From: an uncultured Actinomycetes bacterium
GTDB lineage: Bacteria > Chloroflexota > Dormibacteria > CF-121
DNA length: 40,663 bases
Reading direction: 5' to 3'
NCBI GenBank assembly: GCA_964601135.1
Contig: CAZRMD010000003.1
Span: forward strand, 1-40,663
Position 1 is the stretch's first letter. Every line of letters begins with the position of its first letter. The notes under the pieces are model-generated. The model saw only the letters and a program-made list of their open reading frames with translations. It was not told the origin of the DNA and searched no databases. Below are positions 8,263 to 15,633 of the stretch, piece after piece. Made by a program: the position numbers and the translations under genes.

Positions 8263-10041
8263 ATGTTTACCACGCGCCCAGAGCTGCGCGGCACATTTGG
8301 GATGGTCAGCTCCACGCACTGGCTGGCTTCCCAATCGGGGATGGCGGTTCTCGAGCGCGGCGGCAATGCCTTCGATGCCGCGGTTGCGGCCGGCTTTGTT
8401 CTTCAGGTGGTCGAGCCTCACCTCAACGGGCTCGGCGGTGATCTGCCGATCATCCTCTGGGATGCCGGCAACAAGACGGTCGAGGTCATCTGCGGCCAGG
8501 GTTCCGCGCCGAAAACTGCGTCGATCGCGCAGTTCCGCAAGCTCGGACTGGATGCGATTCCGGGCACCGGCCTGCTGGCCGCATGCATACCTGGAGCCTT
8601 CGGAGGATGGCTCAAGCTGCTCGCCGAGCATGGCACGATGCGACTCCGCGATGTGCTCCAGTACGCCATTGACTACGCGAGCGGTGGTTATCCGCTCATT
8701 CCGGCGATCGTCCAGGCGATCGCCCAGATCGAGCCAGTCTTCCGCAAAGACTGGCCCGAGTCCGCCCGCGTCTACCTCTCTGATGGAGTCCCGAAAGCCA
8801 ATAGAACGTTTCGCAATGTAGATCTCGCTAGGACCTACGAACGAATCCTGAATGAGGCCGAGGCCGCGACCTCCGACCGCGACGGCCAGATCGAGGCCGC
8901 GCACAAGGCCTTCTACCAGGGGTTCGTCGCCGAAGCAATCGACGCGCATTGCCGCAAACCCGCGATGGACAGTTCGGGCCGCCGCCATGGCGGCCTGCTG
9001 ACCGCTGACGACCTCTCGAGCTGGAACGCTCGCGCCGAGCCGTCCACGCACCTGACATACGGCGCGGCCACCGTGCACAAGACCGGACCGTGGGGCCAGG
9101 GACCGGTTTTCCTGCAGCAGCTTGCCCTGCTTCGCGGCTTCGACCTGAAGCGGATGGCGTTGATTGGTGCCGACTACATTCACACCCTGACCGAGTGCGC
9201 GAAGCTCGCTTTTGCGGATCGCGAGGCGTGGTATGGCGATCCCGATTTCGCCGACGTCCCGCTGACCGCGCTGCTCGATGAGAGCTATGCCACCGAACGG
9301 CGACGGTTGGTCGGCCCGCGAGCGTCGCTCGAGCTTCAGCCGGGAAGCGTCAATGGCCGGCAGCCAAGGGTTCCCTGGGCTCATCGTTCCCGCCCCCTTG
9401 TGGGGAGGGCCAAGGAGGGGGCCCTGGGTGATCCAACGCTCGCATCGAATCCGCTGGGCGACACCTGCCATGTGGACGTCGTCGACCGCTTTGGCCACAT
9501 GGTCGCCGCAACGCCGAGCGGCGGATGGCTGCAGAGCTCTCCGGTGATCCCCGGACTCGGCTTCTGTTTAGGGACGCGCACCCAGATGTTCAATCTCGAA
9601 GAAGGACATCCCAATGCGCTGCAAGGGGGCAAACGCCCCCGCACAACGTTGAGTCCCACCCTCGTGACGCGAGACGGCGAGCCCTGGCTCGTGTTCGGCA
9701 CGCCCGGCGGCGATCAGCAGGATCAGTGGTCGTTTAACTTCTTTCTCGCGCACCTCGAGTACGGCTTCAACCTTCAGGCTGCGATCGACACCCCGATGTT
9801 TCATACGGTTCATTTCCCGAGCTCGTTCTTCCCCCACGAGGCGCACCCGGGCCGCCTCCTGGTCGAGGACAGAATCGCACCGCCCGTTGTTACTGAGCTT
9901 CGAAAGCGAGGGCATGACGTCGAGCGAGCCGGCGCCTGGGCGCTGGGGCGCCTCTGCGCCGCCGGCAAGGATCCGCAGACCGGCCAGCTCATCGCCGCCG
10001 CCAATCCGCGGGGCATGCAAGGCTATGCCGTCGGGCGCTAG
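8263..10041 (+). CDS. ggt: Gamma-glutamyltransferase family protein
   Basis: MFTTRPEL..., GGNAFDAAVA, autocatalytic Thr in DTCHVDVVD, GKRPRTTLSP, FGTPGGDQQ. Confidence 0.93.
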   Translation: MFTTRPELRGTFGMVSSTHWLASQSGMAVLERGGNAFDAAVAAGFVLQVVEPHLNGLGGDLPIILWDAGNKTVEVICGQGSAPKTASIAQFRKLGLDAIPGTGLLAACIPGAFGGWLKLLAEHGTMRLRDVLQYAIDYASGGYPLIPAIVQAIAQIEPVFRKDWPESARVYLSDGVPKANRTFRNVDLARTYERILNEAEAATSDRDGQIEAAHKAFYQGFVAEAIDAHCRKPAMDSSGRRHGGLLTADDLSSWNARAEPSTHLTYGAATVHKTGPWGQGPVFLQQLALLRGFDLKRMALIGADYIHTLTECAKLAFADREAWYGDPDFADVPLTALLDESYATERRRLVGPRASLELQPGSVNGRQPRVPWAHRSRPLVGRAKEGALGDPTLASNPLGDTCHVDVVDRFGHMVAATPSGGWLQSSPVIPGLGFCLGTRTQMFNLEEGHPNALQGGKRPRTTLSPTLVTRDGEPWLVFGTPGGDQQDQWSFNFFLAHLEYGFNLQAAIDTPMFHTVHFPSSFFPHEAHPGRLLVEDRIAPPVVTELRKRGHDVERAGAWALGRLCAAGKDPQTGQLIAAANPRGMQGYAVGR

Positions 10042-10120
10042 CGCATGAGCTCCGGCGTTCGCTAGTCTGGAACGTATCGAGAGGGACGACACGCGCTCTG
10101 AACGGGCCGGCAAGGAGGAG

Positions 10121-10390
10121 GTGGATCCCAATCGACTCCTGGAAGGGGAGGATCCGTCGACACCGCATCCCGAAGAGGCGCGGCATTGGGTCGACGTCTA
10201 CAGCGAGCTGCTGACCTTCAAAGAGAAGACCATCTCGAGCGCGCAGCGGAACGCGGACCAGATGTCGATGTCCGAAGCCCGCGAAGAGGTGGAGGAAACG
10301 GACCTGACCGCCCTGGAGGCCGAACTCGACCGGCTCCGCAAGCGCCTCAATTTCTGGGAACGACGCTGCCGCGAGCTCAGGAACGAGTAA
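10121..10390 (+). CDS. Hypothetical helical/coiled-coil protein (89 aa)
   Basis: AAGGAGGAG RBS before GTG; natural codon usage; C-terminal heptad pattern. Confidence 0.75.
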   Translation: MDPNRLLEGEDPSTPHPEEARHWVDVYSELLTFKEKTISSAQRNADQMSMSEAREEVEETDLTALEAELDRLRKRLNFWERRCRELRNE

Positions 10391-10414
10391 GTCTCGGCGA
10401 GGGCGGGGAGGGGC

Positions 10415-11113
10415 TCAGTTGGCGGAGAGAGGAAGCCTGAACCCGACGTAGCTCGGACGTCCCGAGCTCCATGTCATCGATCCGCCGTGGGCTTCGACGA
10501 TGGCCTTCACCAGCGCCAATCCGAGACCCATACCTTCGTCAACGCCCTCGCCCCGCTCTTCGCGAACAAAGGGGTCGAAGAGCCGGGCGGCGTTCGGACC
10601 CAAGCCTGCGCCCTCATCGAGCACTTGCATCTCAACCAATGATCCCAGTGGCCTGGTTGCAATGCTGACCTGGCCATGTGGCTTTCCGTACTTTGCGGCG
10701 TTATCGATGAGATTGAGCAGGCACATCTTCAGGTAGTAACTGTCCCCGACCACCCAGCGGCCGCCAGGCGCGGCCGGCCCCTGGACGTGAAGCTCGACGT
10801 TTCGGTATTGGCACAGTGGAACCGCGGCCTGTCGTGTTTCCTCCATCAGGGAATCAAGGGCGATGCGTTTTTTCCGGATTGGCAAGACGCCCGCCGCGGT
10901 TCGGCTCGCCTCCTCCAGTTGGACTGCCAAATGGTTGAGCTCGCGAATGCTTTCGCGCATCTGCGCCACGATCGCACGCCGGCGCCCCGGATCCGCCTGA
11001 ATTTCGTCGGCGGCGAGCATCTCCAGGTAACCGGCAATCAAGCTGGTGGGCAGGCGCAACTGATGCGCGACCAGGCGCAGGATGCTAGGCCACGGGTGTT
11101 CGCTGCTGCCCAT
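10415..11113 (-). CDS. Histidine kinase core (HisKA + HATPase) with no sensor domain
   Basis: VAHQLRLP H-box within about 20 residues of the start; NLIDNAAKYG, DEGAG, LFDPF, GMGLGL boxes. Confidence 0.85.
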   Translation of the reverse strand: MGSSEHPWPSILRLVAHQLRLPTSLIAGYLEMLAADEIQADPGRRRAIVAQMRESIRELNHLAVQLEEASRTAAGVLPIRKKRIALDSLMEETRQAAVPLCQYRNVELHVQGPAAPGGRWVVGDSYYLKMCLLNLIDNAAKYGKPHGQVSIATRPLGSLVEMQVLDEGAGLGPNAARLFDPFVREERGEGVDEGMGLGLALVKAIVEAHGGSMTWSSGRPSYVGFRLPLSAN

Positions 11114-11189
11114 CCCTAACAAGATACATTCTAATGACGTTATAACGTTTGCTGTTTTGACACGATGGAGCCATAACGTGACCGGGTAA

Positions 11190-12383
11190 ATGGGCTCCGC
11201 CTGGACGAGCTACCTGCGAAATCTCGACTGCACCGCCTGTGGTGCCGAATTCGACGCCGACACCACACGGGGCGTCTGCGCGAAATGCGGAAAAGTCCTC
11301 TTCGCTCGCTACGACCTTGCCGCCGTCAAGGCGGCAGTCTCGCCGCATGATTTCGCGGGGCGGCCGTGGAACCTGTGGCGCTATCGCGAGCTGCTGCCAG
11401 TCCGCAAGCCCAGCAACCTGGTGACCCTTGGCGAAGGCATGACCCCGCTTCTCCCCGTCAGTCAACACGTGGCGACGTCACTCGGATTCCCAGCTGGCCG
11501 GCTATCCATCAAGGAAGAAGGAAAGAATCCAACCGGGAGCTTCAAGGCGCGCGGCATGGCGGTCGCCATCTCGAAGGCGAAGGAGCTGGGCATCGCTGAC
11601 GTCGCCCTCCCGAGTGCGGGCAACGCGGGTTCTGCAGCCGCCGCCTACGCAGCAGCCGCGGGCATTAGAGCGCACATCGCTGTGCCGCGCGATGTCCCGC
11701 CGGTCAACCTGGTCGAGATGCGATTGAGCGGCGCGGACGTCATCCTGGTCGACGGATTGATCGACGAGGCCGGGCGTCTCATCCATCAACTGGCGGTCGA
11801 ACACGGATGGTTCGAGCTCGCCACGCTGAAGGAACCGTATCGTCAGGAAGGGAAGAAGACGATCGGCTTCGAGCTGGCCGAACAGCGCGGCTGGGGTGCC
11901 GACGCGCTGCCGGATGTCATCGTCTTTCCGACGGGAGGTGGCACTGGGATCGTCGGCATGTGGAAGGCATTCGATGAGCTCGGTGCACTTGGTTGGATTG
12001 GCCCGAAGCGTCCGAAGATGGTGGTCGTGCAGGCGGCAGGTTGCGCGCCGCTGGTGCGCGCATTCGAGCAAGGTGCCGATCATGCCGAACCGTGGCTCAA
12101 CGCCTCGACCATCGCTGCTGGCATTCGGGTGCCGTCCGCCATTGGCGACTATCTGGTGCTGCAAGCGATTCGGGAGAGTTGGGGGACGGCCATCGCCGTT
12201 ACCGACAGCGACATCCAGAACGCGCAACTGGAGATCGCCCGCGATGCCGGGATCTACACCGGCCCCGAGGGTGCCGCGACCTGGGCGGCGTTGAAGACGC
12301 TACGACAGAACGGCTTCCTCACGGGCGATGAGGATGTCGTTCTGTTCTCAACCAGCATCGGGACGAAGTACCCGGCGCCGTAA
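11190..12383 (+). CDS. thrC: Threonine synthase (PLP-dependent, N-terminal Zn ribbon)
   Basis: TLGEGMTPL, NPTGSFKARG (PLP lysine), SAGNAG, EGKKTIGFEL, PTGGG. Confidence 0.88.
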   Translation: MGSAWTSYLRNLDCTACGAEFDADTTRGVCAKCGKVLFARYDLAAVKAAVSPHDFAGRPWNLWRYRELLPVRKPSNLVTLGEGMTPLLPVSQHVATSLGFPAGRLSIKEEGKNPTGSFKARGMAVAISKAKELGIADVALPSAGNAGSAAAAYAAAAGIRAHIAVPRDVPPVNLVEMRLSGADVILVDGLIDEAGRLIHQLAVEHGWFELATLKEPYRQEGKKTIGFELAEQRGWGADALPDVIVFPTGGGTGIVGMWKAFDELGALGWIGPKRPKMVVVQAAGCAPLVRAFEQGADHAEPWLNASTIAAGIRVPSAIGDYLVLQAIRESWGTAIAVTDSDIQNAQLEIARDAGIYTGPEGAATWAALKTLRQNGFLTGDEDVVLFSTSIGTKYPAP

Positions 12384-12450
12384 TGCGTACATCCGAAGGT
12401 GACGGTCCCAAATCTCTGCGGCCTCTCGGTTGGGGGCAAGATTCATAGCA

Positions 12451-12496
12451 AATGGTAGTTTCAATGGTAGAGTAATCCCATGAAAACTACCATTGA
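12451..12496. promoter_or_regulatory. Toxin-antitoxin operator repeats and leaderless promoter
   Basis: AATGGTAG at 12451 and 12463; TCAATGGTAG (12461-12470) is inverted to CTACCATTGA (12487-12496); TAGAGT -10 lies 6 nt before ATG 12480. Confidence 0.7.
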
Positions 12497-12725
12497 TCAG
12501 GCAGGTCGCCTGGTCATTCCCAAGGAGCTCCGCGACGCCCTAGCTCTGATTCCGGGTCAGGAGCTTGATGTCCAGATGAAGGATGGGCATCTGGAAATTG
12601 ACGTGCCACCAACCCCCATGCGTCTCAAGCGTGAGGGACGGATTCGCACCGCAGTTCCGCTCAAGAAGCTTCCTCCACTGACCGCTGAGCAGGTTCGGGA
12701 CACGCTGGAACAGATCCGTCGATGA
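12480..12725 (+). CDS. vapB: AbrB/MazE/SpoVT-family antitoxin (VapB-like)
   Basis: MKTTIDQAGRLVIPKELRDAL; ATGA overlap with the PIN gene. Confidence 0.9.
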   Translation: MKTTIDQAGRLVIPKELRDALALIPGQELDVQMKDGHLEIDVPPTPMRLKREGRIRTAVPLKKLPPLTAEQVRDTLEQIRR

Positions 12726-13126
12726 TCGCGACGGACACGAGCGTGGTCGTCGCAGCCTTTGCCTCGTGGCACGGTGCGCACCGAGTGGCGGCTCGGGCCC
12801 TGAAGCCGGGAACGAGGCTCATTGACAGGTGCGCTGCCGAAGCCTACTCAGTTCTGACCCGACTCCCTGCTCCGCATCGAGCTCCGGCCGACCTCGTCTG
12901 GCAGTTCTTGGAAGAGCATTTTCCCGATGACTACCTCTCGCTTAACGAGCGCTCCTTGAAAGGACTTCTCGCTCGACTCCCAGGCCTGGGCATCAGCGGT
13001 GGAGCGACGTACGACGCCGTTATCGGTGCTACGGCAGCGCAAGCAGGGGCGACCTTGATCAGCCTTGATCGGAGGGCGGCCAACACATACCAACGAAGTG
13101 GATGTGACCTGAGACTGCTGAGCTAG
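12722..13126 (+). CDS. vapC: PIN-domain ribonuclease toxin (VapC)
   Basis: DTSVVV, AEAYSVLTRLP, GGATYDAVIG, SLDRRA acidic motifs. Confidence 0.92.
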   Translation: MIATDTSVVVAAFASWHGAHRVAARALKPGTRLIDRCAAEAYSVLTRLPAPHRAPADLVWQFLEEHFPDDYLSLNERSLKGLLARLPGLGISGGATYDAVIGATAAQAGATLISLDRRAANTYQRSGCDLRLLS

Positions 13127-13159
13127 AAGGGCGGCGGAGGGGGTCTTAAGCTGTTCTCC

Positions 13160-13921
13160 ATGCCGCTTCGCATCGAACGCGCGGGCAGGGTAATGATTGT
13201 CACGATCAATCGGCCGGAACGGCGCAATGCTGTCGACGGCGACACCGCAGGCGAGCTCTCGACCGCTTTCCGCAAGTTCGACACCGACCCCGAACTGCAC
13301 GTGGCCGTGCTTACAGGCGCTCAGGGCAACTTCTGCGCCGGCTTCGATCTCAAGGCGCTTGCCGACGGGACCGGCCCTGAGGTCACCGCAGGAGATGGTC
13401 CCATGGGCGTCACCTATCTCCGGCTATCAAAGCCGGTGATCGCGGCGATCGAAGGCTACTGCGTGGCCGGCGGGATGGAGCTCGCGCTTTGGTGCGATCT
13501 ACGCGTCGCCGCTTCCAATGCGACGATGGGAATCTTCAACCGGCGGTTCGGCGTGCCACTGGTCGATGGCGGCACGGTTCGTCTGGCACGCATCGTCGGT
13601 CAGGGTCTCGCCATGGATCTGATCCTGACGGGTCGCCCGATCACCGCCGAGGAGGCCGAGCGGCATGGTCTGGTCAACCGGCTGGTCGAACCCGGCAAGG
13701 CGCTACCCGAGGCCTTCGACCTCGCAACGCGGATTGCAGCCTTTCCACAGGCTGGCACTCGCAACGACCGGATGTCGCTACTCGAGCAATGGGGCCTGCC
13801 CTTAGCGGAAGCGCTCGAGAACGAGCTCCGCTGGGGACGAAAAACAATGGAGAGCGGTGAACCCCTGGACGGGGCCAGGCGTTTCGCGCGGGGCGAGGGC
13901 AGGCGCGGAGCCGGTCTCTAG
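13160..13921 (+). CDS. Enoyl-CoA hydratase/crotonase family protein
   Basis: INRPERRNAVD, FCAGFDLK, KPVIAAIEGYCVAGGMELALWCD. Confidence 0.93.
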   Translation: MPLRIERAGRVMIVTINRPERRNAVDGDTAGELSTAFRKFDTDPELHVAVLTGAQGNFCAGFDLKALADGTGPEVTAGDGPMGVTYLRLSKPVIAAIEGYCVAGGMELALWCDLRVAASNATMGIFNRRFGVPLVDGGTVRLARIVGQGLAMDLILTGRPITAEEAERHGLVNRLVEPGKALPEAFDLATRIAAFPQAGTRNDRMSLLEQWGLPLAEALENELRWGRKTMESGEPLDGARRFARGEGRRGAGL

Positions 13922-13966
13922 GTCAACGCCGAGTCGCTCAGATCAGCGTGGTGGTCCGGGCCTCGT

Positions 13967-14473
13967 TCACGAGATGCCACCAAGCGCGCTCGGCAGCCTC
14001 GTCTGAAAGTCGTGCAGGCCCACCCACGTTGGGTGAAGGTCGATCCTGGCCATCCGGGTGCCTGGCCGAGCGATCTGAGCGAGGTACTGTCGCGCCGGTT
14101 CGTCCCCCAGGTACCGATAAGCCGCAGACGAATATTCCGGAGGAATGCCCTCTACCTCGCTGATGTCGACCCGACCGCGGATGCTCAGAACCTCGGGCGG
14201 GAACGTCTCGGTATCGATCGTGACCGCGGCATGGGGGTTGGTGCGCAGCGCCCGGAGCCGGCCGGCTGGGTGGCGAACATGGGGCGCCGCCACAAATGTG
14301 GGCATCGCAAGCACCTTACCCGTCCAGTGAAACCATGTCGCGATGACCCGTGGTGTTCCGTCGGTTGCGATGTAGGCAAAGCGTGCGGGAATCCGAGAAG
14401 AGAGCAAACGTCGTGCCAGGTCCGTCTGCAACAGGCCGAGATTCCCCTGTTCGAGCGTCATCCCGAGGGCCAC
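13967..14473 (-). CDS. Pyridoxamine 5'-phosphate oxidase-like (FMN/F420 split barrel) protein
   Basis: ARFAYIATDGTPRVIATWF, LRTNPHAAVTID, IRGRV. Confidence 0.82.
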   Translation of the reverse strand: MALGMTLEQGNLGLLQTDLARRLLSSRIPARFAYIATDGTPRVIATWFHWTGKVLAMPTFVAAPHVRHPAGRLRALRTNPHAAVTIDTETFPPEVLSIRGRVDISEVEGIPPEYSSAAYRYLGDEPARQYLAQIARPGTRMARIDLHPTWVGLHDFQTRLPSALGGIS

Positions 14474-14536
14474 CTTCCCTTAAGACCGGCCGAGGCTCGA
14501 GAAATCATCGCCCGTCACTGAAACATAATTGAGTGG

Positions 14537-14923
14537 ATGGCTAAGACCGAACGAGTATTTTCAGACGACACGACCGTAGATCTCTTTGCGGGCTTCCCGG
14601 TCAGGGACTACGCATCGGCCTCAGCGTGGTACGAGCGCCTGCTCGGATGCCCACCAGCCTTCTTACCCAATGAGATAGAGGCGGTATGGGAGCTCGCCGA
14701 ACATCGGTACATCTTCATAAAGGTCCTGCCTGAACACGCCGGCCAGGCTTTCAACCTGTTCTTCATCAGCGACCTGGATCGTTTTACGGCCGCAGTATCT
14801 CAACGAGGATTAGAGCCCACAAAACGGGAAACGCTATCCAACGGTGTGCGCAGGGTGATCTACCTTGATCCCGATCGAAATGAGGTCGGGTTTGGCGGCG
14901 CACCTCTGGCTGCAGCCCGGTAG
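14537..14923 (+). CDS. VOC/glyoxalase family protein
   Basis: PVRDYASASAWYERLLG...DPDRNEVGFGG. Confidence 0.88.
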   Translation: MAKTERVFSDDTTVDLFAGFPVRDYASASAWYERLLGCPPAFLPNEIEAVWELAEHRYIFIKVLPEHAGQAFNLFFISDLDRFTAAVSQRGLEPTKRETLSNGVRRVIYLDPDRNEVGFGGAPLAAAR

Positions 14924-14943
14924 GCGAGTCGTCAGCGCTCCGG

Positions 14944-15546
14944 TTAGCTGGCGATTCGGTCGATTAGAAGGTCGATGTGCACGCCCTCACAGCCGTTCTC
15001 GCTCAGGTCGACATACCACGTGCCAGATGGCAAGCGCTCGGTGTTGCTTCCCGAGGCGTCTTGAACAAGCGTTTCGGTGACGAGATTCTGCTTGAAATCA
15101 TCTGTGTCATTGTCAAAGAGCGCCGCCTGGATATTGCAGCCGATGTTGACGTCTGGCTGAACGTTCGAGGCGCGCCAGCGAACCTGATAGCTGCCGCGAG
15201 AAATCAGAAAAGGCGAGGAGTCATAGTGGTTGCCCGCGCTAGCACTGCCGCTGATGGCTATATGCGCTCGAGGTTGGGGACCGGGGTCCGAAGTTGGAGG
15301 GGCTGCAATCGGCACTGCGGCCGTTGGCGCGGCGTTGGCCGTTGGCACGGCGTTGACCGTTGCCGTGACGATGTCTTTCGGCGCGGTTTCTGAGGGTGTC
15401 GTTACGAGCGAGCTGGAACTCTTCTGGCTCGTGGGACCGGTTGAGGCGCAACCGGCAGTCGCCACAGCCAAGGAAAATATGGCTATGAAGCTAGCCCATG
15501 GCGTTATTCTGGGCGCGCAGGCCTCCAGGTCAGTCCGGTGGAGCAT
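14944..15546 (-). CDS. Hypothetical lipoprotein (Pro/Thr linker plus beta-rich domain)
   Basis: GAGGAGGA RBS; lipobox-like LAVATAGC; low-complexity linker. Confidence 0.7.
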   Translation of the reverse strand: MLHRTDLEACAPRITPWASFIAIFSLAVATAGCASTGPTSQKSSSSLVTTPSETAPKDIVTATVNAVPTANAAPTAAVPIAAPPTSDPGPQPRAHIAISGSASAGNHYDSSPFLISRGSYQVRWRASNVQPDVNIGCNIQAALFDNDTDDFKQNLVTETLVQDASGSNTERLPSGTWYVDLSENGCEGVHIDLLIDRIAS

Positions 15547-15575
15547 TTGGATTCCTCCTCATAGGTCCTTTTGGG

Positions 15576-15618
15576 AGCATGGCCGTTTTGCCGGCCTAGC
15601 GAATCAGGGAAAGCCCTA
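15576..15618 (-). promoter_or_regulatory. Candidate LAL-regulator box and -10 element (copy 1)
   Basis: Minus strand TAGGGCTTTCCCTGATTCGC, 17 nt, then CATGCT; 17/20 identical to the copy at 18457. Confidence 0.6.
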
Positions 15619-15633
15619 TAAGTGCTAGCTAGG

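Noticed and set aside
8005-9498. 497-aa minus-strand ORF
   Set aside because: It is antisense to ggt, has no recognisable motifs, and is expected in high-GC DNA.
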